From the NCBI GenBank assembly GCA_022826885.1, contig JAJDUB010000070.1:49379-113378 (forward strand): DNA of 64,000 nt. The letters run 5' to 3'. This document shows, piece after piece, positions 45,775 through 55,114 of the stretch. The stretch comes from Gammaproteobacteria bacterium. GTDB taxonomy: Bacteria > Pseudomonadota > Gammaproteobacteria > Eutrophobiales > Eutrophobiaceae. The notes beneath the pieces were generated by a model. That model was not told the origin of the DNA, did not search any database, and worked only from the letters and a program-made list of their open reading frames with translations. The translations under genes were made by a program, and so were the position numbers. Position 1 is the first letter of the stretch. Every line of letters begins with the position of its first letter.

Positions 45775-48123
45775 ATGTCTGAAGCATTAGTTGTAGTTGA
45801 ATCCCCTGCAAAGGCAAGGACCTTGAACCGTTACCTGGGCAGCGGTTACACCGTTATGGCCTCCAACGGCCACGTGCGCGATCTGCTGCCGAAAACCGGC
45901 GCGGTGGACCCGGAAAAGGAATTCGCCATGCGTTATGAAATCATCGACAAAAATGCCCGTTCCGTGGACGCGATCGCACGTGCCCTGAAGAAATCCGATG
46001 TTCTTTACCTGGCCACCGACCCCGACAGGGAAGGTGAAGCCATATCATGGCACCTGTTTGAACTGCTCAAGGAGCGCGGCGCGCTCAAGCGCAAGGAAGT
46101 AAAACGGGTGGTGTTTCATGAGGTCACGAAGAACGCGGTATTACGCGCCATCGATAATCCCGGCGAGCTCTCATGGGACCTGATCAACGCCCAGCAGGCC
46201 AGGCGCGCCCTGGACTACCTGGTAGGCTTCAACCTTTCCCCGTTATTGTGGAAGAAGATTCGCAGGGGACTCTCCGCCGGCCGGGTCCAGAGCCCCGCCC
46301 TGAGGATGATCGTCGAACGCGAAGAGGAAATTGAACAGTTCAAGACCCGTGAGTACTGGACTATCGAAGCGGATCTGGAACGTGCGGGGATGGAGTTTAC
46401 GGCCCGGCTGGTGCGTTACGAGGACCGGAAAATCGAGCAGTTCAGCATTACGGACGAAGAACGGGCGCGGGAGGTGGCGGGAACGCTGGAAAACAATGCC
46501 GCGGCACAACGCGGACAAGCCGGACAAGGGGCGCAGCACAACGGGGCGCTGGTCGTCAGCAAGGTTGACCGTAAACAGCGCAAGCGCCAGCCGGCGCCGC
46601 CGTTCATCACCTCCACGCTGCAGCAGGAGGCCGTGCGCAAGCTCGGGTTCACCGCACAGCAGACCATGCGCGTGGCGCAACAATTGTACGAGGGAATAGA
46701 TACCGGCTCAGGCGCGGTCGGCCTGATCACCTACATGAGGACCGACTCGGTGAACCTGGCGGCGGATGCGATCAATGAAATGCGCCGGTACATAGACAAA
46801 CAATACGGCGCAAAGTACCTGCCCGAACACCCGCGCCGATACCGGACCAGGTCGAAAAACGCCCAGGAGGCGCACGAGGCGATCCGGCCGACTTCCGTGC
46901 AGCGCGTGCCCCAGGAAATCCGCTCGAAACTGTCCAGGGAGCAGTTCCGGCTGTACGAGTTGATCTGGAAGCGGGCGCTGGCCAGCCAGATGGCCCAGGC
47001 CGTCATCGACACGATCGCGGTGGACCTGGAATGCGGCCCTGGTGCGCTGATGCGGGCCAATGGCGCTACCGTGGTTGAAAAAGGTTTCATGATTCTCTAT
47101 ACCGAAGGAGAAGATGATCGCAAAACGGGGCAGGGGAATGATGCCGCTGAGAGGAAACTGCCTCCCATGCAGCCGGGTGATGCGGCGGGATTGTTGAAAA
47201 TACGGCCCGAACAGCATTTTACCGAACCTCCTCCGCGTTATTCCGAGGCGACCCTGGTCAAGTCCCTGGAGGAATACGGTATCGGCAGGCCCTCGACTTA
47301 TGCTGCCATCATCTCAACCTTGCGCACCCGCGAATATGTGGAGATGGTCAAGAAACGCTTCGTTCCCACCGATGTGGGGCGCGTCGTGAACAGGTTCCTG
47401 ACCGAGCATTTCGACAGTTATGTCGATTACGATTTTACCGCCCGGCTGGAAGATGAACTCGATGCTGTTTCCAGGGGCGAGAAGGAGTGGGTCCCGCTGA
47501 TGAGGGAGTTCTGGGAACCGTTCTCGGCGCGGGTGCAGGACAAGGAGGGTGGAGTAAGCCGCAGTGAAGCGGTGAGCCCGCGCAGCCTGGGCGATGATCC
47601 GGCCACCGGGAGGCCGGTGACGGTGCGCATGGGACGCTATGGGCCGTTCGTTCAAATCGGCGCCAGGGATGACGGGGAAGACCCGAAGTTTGCCAGCCTG
47701 CTGCCCGACCAGCGCATGGATACCATCAGCCTGGAACAGGCCCTGGAACTGTTCCACCTGCCGCGGGAACTGGGCAAATCCGAAGAGGGTGAGAAGATCA
47801 GCGTCAACATCGGCCGCTTCGGTCCTTATGTGCGCTATGACGACAAGTTCGTCTCATTGAAAAAGGAGGATGATCCTTATACGATTGATTTGCCGCGGGC
47901 GCTGGAACTGGTGCGGGAGAAGAAGGCCGCAGACGCCGAAAAATACATCAAGGTATTTGAAAAAGAGGGCATCTCCATCCTGAACGGACGCTACGGGCCG
48001 TATATTACGGATGGGAAAAAGAACGCAAAGATACCGAAGGACAGGGAAGCCCGGGACCTGACCCTGCAGGAATGCCGGGATTTGATCGCCGCGGCGCCGG
48101 CGGCGCGCAAACGCCGTAAGTGA
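45775..48123 (+). CDS. topA: DNA topoisomerase I with Topo_C repeat C-terminus
   Basis: VVESPAKA, LATDPDREGEAI, SAGRVQS, ITYMRTDS (catalytic Tyr) and GIGRPSTY; repeated GR(Y/F)GP(Y/F) motifs instead of zinc ribbons. Confidence 0.97.
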   Translation: MSEALVVVESPAKARTLNRYLGSGYTVMASNGHVRDLLPKTGAVDPEKEFAMRYEIIDKNARSVDAIARALKKSDVLYLATDPDREGEAISWHLFELLKERGALKRKEVKRVVFHEVTKNAVLRAIDNPGELSWDLINAQQARRALDYLVGFNLSPLLWKKIRRGLSAGRVQSPALRMIVEREEEIEQFKTREYWTIEADLERAGMEFTARLVRYEDRKIEQFSITDEERAREVAGTLENNAAAQRGQAGQGAQHNGALVVSKVDRKQRKRQPAPPFITSTLQQEAVRKLGFTAQQTMRVAQQLYEGIDTGSGAVGLITYMRTDSVNLAADAINEMRRYIDKQYGAKYLPEHPRRYRTRSKNAQEAHEAIRPTSVQRVPQEIRSKLSREQFRLYELIWKRALASQMAQAVIDTIAVDLECGPGALMRANGATVVEKGFMILYTEGEDDRKTGQGNDAAERKLPPMQPGDAAGLLKIRPEQHFTEPPPRYSEATLVKSLEEYGIGRPSTYAAIISTLRTREYVEMVKKRFVPTDVGRVVNRFLTEHFDSYVDYDFTARLEDELDAVSRGEKEWVPLMREFWEPFSARVQDKEGGVSRSEAVSPRSLGDDPATGRPVTVRMGRYGPFVQIGARDDGEDPKFASLLPDQRMDTISLEQALELFHLPRELGKSEEGEKISVNIGRFGPYVRYDDKFVSLKKEDDPYTIDLPRALELVREKKAADAEKYIKVFEKEGISILNGRYGPYITDGKKNAKIPKDREARDLTLQECRDLIAAAPAARKRRK

Positions 48124-48138
48124 AATTCAGGAAATCCA

Positions 48139-48205
48139 GGGGTCAGAGTAAACTCTTGAGGAACGTGGCCGATGGCATGATCAGGAGTGATTTTACTCTG
48201 ACCCC
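48139..48205. repeat. 67-bp REP/MITE-like element, copy 1 (GGGGTCAGAGTAAA arms plus conserved core)
   Basis: 14-bp inverted arms; core contains TTGAGGAACGTGGCCGATGGCATGATCAGGAGTGA; just after the topA stop. Confidence 0.9.
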
Positions 48206-48231
48206 GCATATTTTAATGATGAGAAATAACC

Positions 48232-48744
48232 ATGAGTGAAAACAAACCGTTCGTTGCAATTTTAATGGGTTCCGATTCCGACCTACCCGTAATGCGTTCC
48301 ACAGTTGAAGTGCTGGATAGCTTTTCCATTGCCAGGGAGGTGAAGATCACCTCCGCGCACCGTACCCCGGAAGCAACCAAGGCTTACATCAGGGACGCAG
48401 AAGCGCGGGGTTGCGCGGTATTCATCGCCGCCGCCGGCCTGGCCGCGCACCTCGCCGGCGCGGTGGCTGCAACCACCACGAAGCCGGTCATCGGCGTACC
48501 CCTGGACGCCGGGCCGTTAAGCGGTATCGATGCATTGCTGGCGACGGTGCAGATGCCGGGAGGCATCCCGGTGGGCACCGTTGCGATCGGCAAGGCCGGC
48601 GCGAAAAACGCCGCGTACCTGGCCGCGCAGATCCTCGCCTTGCAGGACACGGATCTGGCCGCCGCCATCACCGCGGAACGGGAGCAGATGACCCGCTCGG
48701 TCCAGGCCAAGGATGCCGCATTGCAGGAGCAACTGGCCGAGTAG
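48232..48744 (+). CDS. purE: N5-CAIR mutase PurE
   Basis: [28 protein letters not shown] and VQMPGGIPV. Confidence 0.96.
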   Translation: MSENKPFVAILMGSDSDLPVMRSTVEVLDSFSIAREVKITSAHRTPEATKAYIRDAEARGCAVFIAAAGLAAHLAGAVAATTTKPVIGVPLDAGPLSGIDALLATVQMPGGIPVGTVAIGKAGAKNAAYLAAQILALQDTDLAAAITAEREQMTRSVQAKDAALQEQLAE

Positions 48745-48757
48745 TGTCCCCAATCCA

Positions 48758-48824
48758 GGGGTCAGAGTAAAATCACCCTTGATCCTGCCATTGGCCACGT
48801 TCCTCAGGATTTTACTCTGACCCC
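48758..48824. repeat. 67-bp REP/MITE-like element, copy 2 (core inverted)
   Basis: Same arms. Core TCACCCTTGATCCTGCCATTGGCCACGTTCCTCAGGA is close to the reverse complement of the cores in copies 1 and 3. Just after the purE stop. Confidence 0.9.
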
Positions 48825-48860
48825 ATTTATCGACCCCAGGTATCCATCGGTTAAGCGATA

Positions 48861-49412
48861 TTGAAAAGCTGGCACATCCATAATGCGCTAAGCGTCCTGC
48901 AAGACGGCGGCGTCATCGCCTATCCTACCGAGGCGGTCATGGGCCTGGGCTGCGACCCCTGGGATGAAGATGCGGTGGCTGAACTGCTGCGATTGAAGCG
49001 GCGACCCGCCGACAAGGGCCTGATCGTTGCCGCCTCAAGCATCGAACAGTTATCCGACCTGGTGGATTTTTCCCGGGTGCCCAGGCTGAAAGAGATTACC
49101 GGTTCATGGCCCGGCCCTGTCACCTGGCTGGTGCCGGCGCATCCTTTTACGCCACGCTGGCTGACGGGCCGGCACGATACCCTGGCCGTGCGGGTATCGG
49201 CGCATCCCGTCGTGCAAGGATTGTGTGACGCGGTCGGTGCGCTCGTCTCAACCAGCGCCAACCCGTCCGGTTGTCGGCCGGCCCGAACCCCGCGGCGCGT
49301 CAGGGCCTATTTCGGCCCGGATGTGGACTGTTACGTTCCAGGCAATGTCGGCGGAGATGACAGGCCCAGCACAATCAGGGATGCGCTTACCGGCCGCATG
49401 GTACGGGCATGA
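48861..49412 (+). CDS. tsaC: L-threonylcarbamoyladenylate synthase (YrdC/TsaC)
   Basis: IAYPTEAVMGLGCDP, KRRPADKGLI, WPGP, VSTSAN and PSTIRD; TTG start. Confidence 0.93.
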   Translation: MKSWHIHNALSVLQDGGVIAYPTEAVMGLGCDPWDEDAVAELLRLKRRPADKGLIVAASSIEQLSDLVDFSRVPRLKEITGSWPGPVTWLVPAHPFTPRWLTGRHDTLAVRVSAHPVVQGLCDAVGALVSTSANPSGCRPARTPRRVRAYFGPDVDCYVPGNVGGDDRPSTIRDALTGRMVRA

Positions 49413-49420
49413 ATAATCCA

Positions 49421-49487
49421 GGGGTCAGAGTAAAATCTTGAGAAACGTGGCCGATGGCAGGATCAGGGGTGATTTTACTCTGACCCC
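49421..49487. repeat. 67-bp REP/MITE-like element, copy 3, followed by a duplicated partial arm (49495-49504)
   Basis: Same arms; core TCTTGAGAAACGTGGCCGATGGCAGGATCAGGGGTGA; just after the tsaC stop. Confidence 0.9.
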
Positions 49488-49530
49488 ATTTATCCTCTGA
49501 CCCCATTCACGCGGCGTCTTTAAAACTACA

Positions 49531-49559
49531 TTCACAACGGGCAAATATTGGTGTAAAAT
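49531..49559 (+). promoter_or_regulatory. Candidate sigma70 promoter for the second TonB receptor
   Basis: TTCACA-N17-TAAAAT, 46 nt upstream of the ATG at 49606, which has an AGGAG SD. Confidence 0.5.
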
Positions 49560-49605
49560 TACAGCGATAATATCAAGACAATATTACCCTGCCAGGAGAA
49601 CAATA

Positions 49606-51852
49606 ATGGGCGATACGATAAGCAACAGAATAACTTCAAAGTTTGGTCTTTTCACCCTGCTGTGTGTCATCGCTGTGCCTGCTCATTCCCAGACTGTGCT
49701 GGAGGAGATAGTGGTAACCGCGCAGAAACGCGAGCAGAACATACAGGATGTGCCTATCTCAATCACCAGGATGTCCGGTCAGTGGCTTGAATCCAAGTTC
49801 GCAGGGGGAGGGGATGTCCTGGAACTGGCCAGCACGGTGCCGGGACTGCATGTGGAGAGTTCCAACGGGCGGTTATCCCCGCGTTTCTACATGCGTGGCC
49901 TGGGCAATGCAGATTTTACCGCAGCCGCATCGCAACCCGTATCCATCGTTTTTGACGAAGTGCCGATGGAAAAAGCGTCTCTCAAATCATTTCCCCTCTT
50001 CGACCTCGACGATATAGAAGTAATTCGCGGCCCCCAGGGCACCCTGTTCGGGCGCAACACCACGGCGGGCATCCTCAAGTTCGATTCACGCCGTCCCACA
50101 GAAGAGACGGAAGGTTATCTCAAGGCTTCCGGCGGCAACAAGGGAACGGTAAACGTGGAGGGAGCCGTCGGCGGCACCCTGGTGGAGAACACCTTGATGG
50201 GCCGGTTCTCGTTCATTACGCAGCATCGTTCGAACTGGGTCAATAACGCCCATACCGGTGAAAACGACGCAATGGGCGGTTTCGATATATATGCGGGGCG
50301 CGCCCAGTTGTTATGGACTCCTTCGGATGATTTCAGCGCGCTGCTCCTGTACCAGCACCAGGACCAGGGCGGTAACTCCGCCTCGCTGTTTCGCGCCAAC
50401 GTGTTTGACCAGGGCAGCAACAAGCTGAATGATAATTACAAGCGCGACACTGTCTGGTTCGATGGCGGCAACAATAACCCCGCAAAAATAAAAAGTTTCG
50501 GCGTGACCCTGAAGCTGGACTGGGATGTCGGCGACCATACGATTACCTCGATCACGTCCTACCAGGACATCTATGACCGTTTCGCACGCGGCGATATTGA
50601 TGGCGGATACGGTTGTTTACTCAGTTTTCTGGGTTTGTGCCAGCCGGGACCAGCCGGGCCTCCCAGCACGCCCTTTAACCCGGCCGCGTCACCTTTCGTC
50701 GTTAACGTCGATACCGGCGGGGATCAGGAGGTAGAACAGATTACCCAGGAAATACGCGTCGCCAGCAACCTGGACGGTCCGTTCAATTACCAGGTGGGAG
50801 CATTCTACTTTGAGGATGATCTCCTGAGTATCTCACAAAATCAAAGCGCCGGCGCTCCGGCATTTGTCGTGGGGTCTGTTTCCGAAATCGAGAACACGAC
50901 CTGGGCCGTCTTCGGACAGGGTTCATACGACATATCCGAGCAGTTGACACTGACCGCAGGGGTGCGTTACACGGACGACGAGAAGGATGCCCAGCATGAA
51001 AGACCCGCCACCGGGCCGCTTGATCCAATCAGCCTGGCGGATGATGAACTCAGTTGGGACGTGTCGCTCGCTTTTGCCGTCAGCGCGGATTCACAGGTCT
51101 ACGCCCGGGTGGCAACCGGTTTCCGGGCGCCCACCATACAGGATCGCCTGGAAGATGATCCCGAGGTGACCACCGCGGACTCGGAGACGATCATGTCTTA
51201 TGAAATCGGCTACAAGGCGCTGTTCGAGAAGGTCAGGCTTAACGTGGCGGGCTTCTATTACGAGGTCGATGACATGCAACTGGTCGCGGTAGGCGGCGAC
51301 GCCAATACGACGACCCTGCTGAATGCGGATGAGGGAGTCGGCTACGGCGTTGAGTTCGACGTTGATATTGCCCTGACCGACAACATGATCCTGTCCGGCG
51401 GTTTCGGATATAACAAGACGGAACTCAATGACAAGGAACTCACATTGCCGGTAGGTCCCATGGCTACCAGCCGGGACCCGCTGGATGAAAACGGCAGGGC
51501 AATCATTGACGGCAACCCGTTCCAGCATGCGCCGAAGTGGACTGCGAACCTGCAACTGGACTACACCCATCCCCTGGCAAACGGCAATGAACTGTACCTG
51601 TTCACCGATTGGAAGCTGAAAGGCAAGACCAGTGATTTCCTCTATGAAAGCATTGAATTCACCTTCGGAACCCAGTTCGAAGGCGGGCTGAGGTTAGGTT
51701 ACCGGGACACGGTCAGGAACTTCGAGATCGGTCTGTTTGCCCGTAATATCACCAACGAGCATAACCCCATCGGCGGCATCGACTTCGCCAATAATCTCGG
51801 CTACGTCAACCAGCCGAGAATCTGGGGCGGCGAGGCCAGGTACAGCTTCTGA
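49606..51852 (+). CDS. TonB-dependent receptor
   Basis: Signal peptide, LEEIVVTAQKREQNIQDV, IEVIRGPQGTLFGRNTTAG, C-terminal ARYSF. Confidence 0.95.
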   Translation: MGDTISNRITSKFGLFTLLCVIAVPAHSQTVLEEIVVTAQKREQNIQDVPISITRMSGQWLESKFAGGGDVLELASTVPGLHVESSNGRLSPRFYMRGLGNADFTAAASQPVSIVFDEVPMEKASLKSFPLFDLDDIEVIRGPQGTLFGRNTTAGILKFDSRRPTEETEGYLKASGGNKGTVNVEGAVGGTLVENTLMGRFSFITQHRSNWVNNAHTGENDAMGGFDIYAGRAQLLWTPSDDFSALLLYQHQDQGGNSASLFRANVFDQGSNKLNDNYKRDTVWFDGGNNNPAKIKSFGVTLKLDWDVGDHTITSITSYQDIYDRFARGDIDGGYGCLLSFLGLCQPGPAGPPSTPFNPAASPFVVNVDTGGDQEVEQITQEIRVASNLDGPFNYQVGAFYFEDDLLSISQNQSAGAPAFVVGSVSEIENTTWAVFGQGSYDISEQLTLTAGVRYTDDEKDAQHERPATGPLDPISLADDELSWDVSLAFAVSADSQVYARVATGFRAPTIQDRLEDDPEVTTADSETIMSYEIGYKALFEKVRLNVAGFYYEVDDMQLVAVGGDANTTTLLNADEGVGYGVEFDVDIALTDNMILSGGFGYNKTELNDKELTLPVGPMATSRDPLDENGRAIIDGNPFQHAPKWTANLQLDYTHPLANGNELYLFTDWKLKGKTSDFLYESIEFTFGTQFEGGLRLGYRDTVRNFEIGLFARNITNEHNPIGGIDFANNLGYVNQPRIWGGEARYSF

Positions 51853-51880
51853 GCTTTTCCACATTCAGACGAGTATGATT

Positions 51881-51905
51881 GGGGACAGATTTTGAATCTG
51901 TCCCC
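51881..51905. repeat. Palindrome GGGGACAGATT-TTG-AATCTGTCCCC followed by a T tract (second REP-like family; terminator-like)
   Basis: 11-bp stem, 3-nt loop and T run, between the TonB receptor and the nucleoside hydrolase. Confidence 0.7.
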
Positions 51906-51919
51906 TTTTTTTCGTTCAC

Positions 51920-52936
51920 ATGACTGTAACCAGACGCTCATTTCTCAAGACGTCACTGGCGCTTCTGGCCAGCGGGGCGCTTCCCCCGTACCTGGCCCGT
52001 GCTGCCGGTAATAAGCCCCTGCCCGGCGCACAGGGGCGCAGGATACCCGTCATACTCGATTCCGACATCGGTGACGACATAGACGATACCTGGGCATTGC
52101 TGATGCTGCTTCGGTCCCCGCAGTTTGACGTAAAGCTCGTGGTAAGTGATTTCGGCAATGCCATATACCGCTGCCGCCTGTTTGCAAAGTTGCTGGAACT
52201 CACCGGTTGTACCCATATCCCAGTCGGAGTGGGGCTTGATCCGGTTGACGAACCAGGCAGGCAAAGCGGATGGATAGGAGATTACCGGCTGGAAGACTAT
52301 CCAGGTACGGTGTACCGCGATGGTGTTCAAGCGCTGATCGATACGGTTATGCAATCTCCGGATCCGGTCACGTTGCTATGCATTGGGCCCGTTCCGAATA
52401 TCGCCGAGGCCCTCAGGCGGGAGCCTGCCATTGCGGGTAATGCACGTTTTGTGGGTATGCACGGTTCTATCTACAAGGGTTACGACGGCGCGGCGACACC
52501 GGCGGCAGAATGGAACGTCAAGTCCGACGCGACAGCGCTGCAACAGGTATTCGCTGCCCCCTGGGATTGCACTATCACGCCGCTGGACACCTGCGGACTG
52601 GTAACATTGACCGGCGCGAATTACCAGAGAATCTATCGCAGCGAAGATCCCTGGCTCAAGGCTTTGATCGAGAATTACCGGATCTGGCTACCCCTGGCGC
52701 CGTTCATCAAACCGGGGACTGATCCGGGCCTGATGAGCACGACCCTGTTCGATACCGTTGCCGTTCATGCCGCGTATTCGCAGGAATTCCTGGTGATGGA
52801 AGACCTGCCCCTGCGCGTCACGGATGATGGCTACACCGTGGTGGACAGCCGGAACGGCCGCCTTGTCCACTGCGCCACGAAGTGGCAGGATATCCAGGCG
52901 TTCAAAGACAGGTTAACCGATACGTTGCTCGGCTAA
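51920..52936 (+). CDS. Tat-exported nucleoside hydrolase (IU-NH family)
   Basis: TRRSFLK Tat motif; DSDIGDDIDD Ca-binding motif; IGPVPNIA, AEWN and PLD. Confidence 0.88.
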   Translation: MTVTRRSFLKTSLALLASGALPPYLARAAGNKPLPGAQGRRIPVILDSDIGDDIDDTWALLMLLRSPQFDVKLVVSDFGNAIYRCRLFAKLLELTGCTHIPVGVGLDPVDEPGRQSGWIGDYRLEDYPGTVYRDGVQALIDTVMQSPDPVTLLCIGPVPNIAEALRREPAIAGNARFVGMHGSIYKGYDGAATPAAEWNVKSDATALQQVFAAPWDCTITPLDTCGLVTLTGANYQRIYRSEDPWLKALIENYRIWLPLAPFIKPGTDPGLMSTTLFDTVAVHAAYSQEFLVMEDLPLRVTDDGYTVVDSRNGRLVHCATKWQDIQAFKDRLTDTLLG

Positions 52937-52937
52937 G

Positions 52938-53005
52938 AAGAAAAGGGGGACAGACCCCCGCTGACAACATGCGAGGGCATGCTTTAAATCTGTCCCCCTT
53001 TTCTT
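52938..53005. repeat. 17-bp perfect inverted repeat AAGAAAAGGGGGACAGA...TCTGTCCCCCTTTTCTT with a 34-nt spacer
   Basis: Read directly; between convergent genes; shares the GGGGACAGA arm with 51881. Confidence 0.75.
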
Positions 53006-53481
53006 TAATTGTGTTGCCAGTCGTACGCTTCCGCCGCGATGACGGCATCGGGTAGCCACGTCTCATGTACGTGGAACCACTTTACGCCGTTGGGCGCATC
53101 CTTATCATCAACAAATACGGCCGAGGACAGCCGTCCGTTGTTCTCAGGTCTGGATTGCAAGGCGTTCCTCTGCCATTCCTGGTAGTTCACAAGATATATC
53201 GAATCACCGGGCAGAGGGTGCTGTTGGATGGCGCGGATACTGATATGAAAATCCGGGTTGCTGCCGTACAGTTTCCTGAACTCAGGCCAGAAATGGGCGC
53301 CATAAATCATCATGCCCCCGGGCAGGATAATGTTGAAATCCCCGTGCATCCGGTCCAGCAGGCGCTCCGCAAAAACCTGCTCGCTGTTCTCGCAGTACCC
53401 GCCGAACCAGTCTTCAAAAAAAACGTGCAGGTCGATGATTTCCTGCGCAAATCGGTCGGTGTATTGTTTGTCGGTATGCAT
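53005..53481 (-). CDS. NTF2/DUF4440-like small protein
   Basis: EIIDLHVFFEDWF...YQEWQ...RLSSAVF...WFHVHETW pattern. Start re-called to MHTDKQ (GGGAG SD). Confidence 0.65.
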   Translation of the reverse strand: MHTDKQYTDRFAQEIIDLHVFFEDWFGGYCENSEQVFAERLLDRMHGDFNIILPGGMMIYGAHFWPEFRKLYGSNPDFHISIRAIQQHPLPGDSIYLVNYQEWQRNALQSRPENNGRLSSAVFVDDKDAPNGVKWFHVHETWLPDAVIAAEAYDWQHN

Positions 53482-53501
53482 GTGTCTATCGCTCCCAAAT
53501 G

Positions 53502-54983
53502 TTATGAATATCCAATATATGTATGAAAGACCTTGCCGGGGTCGTATTTTTTTCGCAGTTCGGCCAGGCGCTTCCAACTATCCTCCGAGAAAGAAGACTT
53601 AACCCTCTCCGGGAACAGGGTTGCTTCAGTTTCATTGATGTAAGTCCCCTTGCTGAATGGTTCCAAGAGGTCGTTCGTCTGTTTTAACCAGGCATGGTTG
53701 GCCCCGTCATTCTCCGCGTCGTTCCAGAGCAGGTAGCTGGCCACGTAATGGTTGGCGATGCGCGAGAAACAGGCATCCTCACGCAATTCCGGCTTGACCC
53801 CGTAGGAGCATAATACGTGAGTGCGGGGTGACGGCGTTTTTTTGAAATGTTCCACAAGGGACAATAAGGCCTGTCCCGGGTCGTCGGTCCAGACGTTATC
53901 GACTGCGTAACGGCCAATGCTTGTATCGACGTTTTCCGGGTTGTAGAGTTTTGCGAATGAAGAGGGTTGGTCTTCCAACCTGAACACGCTGGCTGAAGCA
54001 AGTTCGCTGTCTGCGAACGGGGCCAGCATTGCCTTTGCGTCTTTTTCCGTGTCGGCGAATGCATTGACACCCACCATGCATATTTTGGCCTCAGTCGGCG
54101 GTGTATTTTCAGGAGCCTGCGGGTCATGCATCAACAGGAGGAGTATTTCCACGCGCTCATCCTTTATTTGATTGAGTTTATCCAGGGCTGCAACGACTGT
54201 CTGCAGGTTGTCGATGGGTGAAATATACATACTGGTGTATATCGCCTGCGGCAGAGGATATAACTGTAATTCCAGTTCTGTGACGATACCGAAAAAACCG
54301 GGGCCGACACCGCGCACGGCCCAGTACAGGTCAGGATAGGAATCGGCGCTGGCGGTAACTTTTCTGCCGTCGGCCAAGATAACGTCGGCGCTCTTTATCG
54401 AGTAACAGGCGACACTTCCCCAGTGGGCATGGTTCCAGCCTGCACCGCCGCCGAGCAGGTAGCCGCCGAGCGCTACGGTAGGGCAGTGGGCGGCAGGGAA
54501 GGCGAGGCCGTGTTTGCCTGCCTCTCGGACAAGTTGCTCGGACCAAAGCGCCGGTTGTATTCGCGCAGTTTTTCGGTCGGCGTCTATTTCTACATCCCTC
54601 AGCAATGCCAGGTCGATCAATATACCGCCATCGCGTAACGCGGCGCCGGTGGAATTATGGCCACTGCTTCTTGCCGACACCTTGAGCCCGTTGTCTGTGG
54701 CGTGCTTCACCGCGCTGCTCACATCCTGTTCGGAATGAGCCCGGATGATCGTGTCCGGGTAGCGCTCAGGCTTTCTCAGGTGCCACACCATGCTGTTGCG
54801 CCAGGCCTCGTACTGGCCGTCTCCCCGGTTTACGACTTCACCGGCTACCAACCGTTCCAGCCCTCCGGTAGCACCACCCGGTCCGGCAAACAGGGAACCG
54901 GAATACAGTTGGCCGATAGCACCTGATATCCCCAGTGCGCCGAACTGGCGTAACACATCTCTTCTACTTGGATCAGTTAACAT
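53502..54983 (-). CDS. Tat-exported FAD-linked oxidase (VAO/berberine-bridge-enzyme family)
   Basis: SRRDVL Tat motif, ARSSGHN (covalent FAD His), HCPTVALGGYLLGGG, DLYWAVRG, YINE and RLAELRKKYDP BBE tail. Confidence 0.88.
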   Translation of the reverse strand: MLTDPSRRDVLRQFGALGISGAIGQLYSGSLFAGPGGATGGLERLVAGEVVNRGDGQYEAWRNSMVWHLRKPERYPDTIIRAHSEQDVSSAVKHATDNGLKVSARSSGHNSTGAALRDGGILIDLALLRDVEIDADRKTARIQPALWSEQLVREAGKHGLAFPAAHCPTVALGGYLLGGGAGWNHAHWGSVACYSIKSADVILADGRKVTASADSYPDLYWAVRGVGPGFFGIVTELELQLYPLPQAIYTSMYISPIDNLQTVVAALDKLNQIKDERVEILLLLMHDPQAPENTPPTEAKICMVGVNAFADTEKDAKAMLAPFADSELASASVFRLEDQPSSFAKLYNPENVDTSIGRYAVDNVWTDDPGQALLSLVEHFKKTPSPRTHVLCSYGVKPELREDACFSRIANHYVASYLLWNDAENDGANHAWLKQTNDLLEPFSKGTYINETEATLFPERVKSSFSEDSWKRLAELRKKYDPGKVFHTYIGYS

Positions 54984-55114
54984 GGTCGGACTTTAGCGAT
55001 CAGGTTTGTCAATAAGCGCCATTATGTAATAAAGTCCGGTTTCAGTGTGAAAAAATATTCGTTGGACGGGATGCCTCCGGTGACTGTGCAAGACAGAATT
55101 GTCGAGATTTAACT

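Noticed and set aside
48139-49487. Repeated 67-bp elements as a CRISPR array or integron attC sites
   Set aside because: Copies are separated by whole housekeeping genes, the internal part is conserved rather than unique, there are no cas or intI genes, and the ends lack attC RYYYAAC/GTTRRRY cores.
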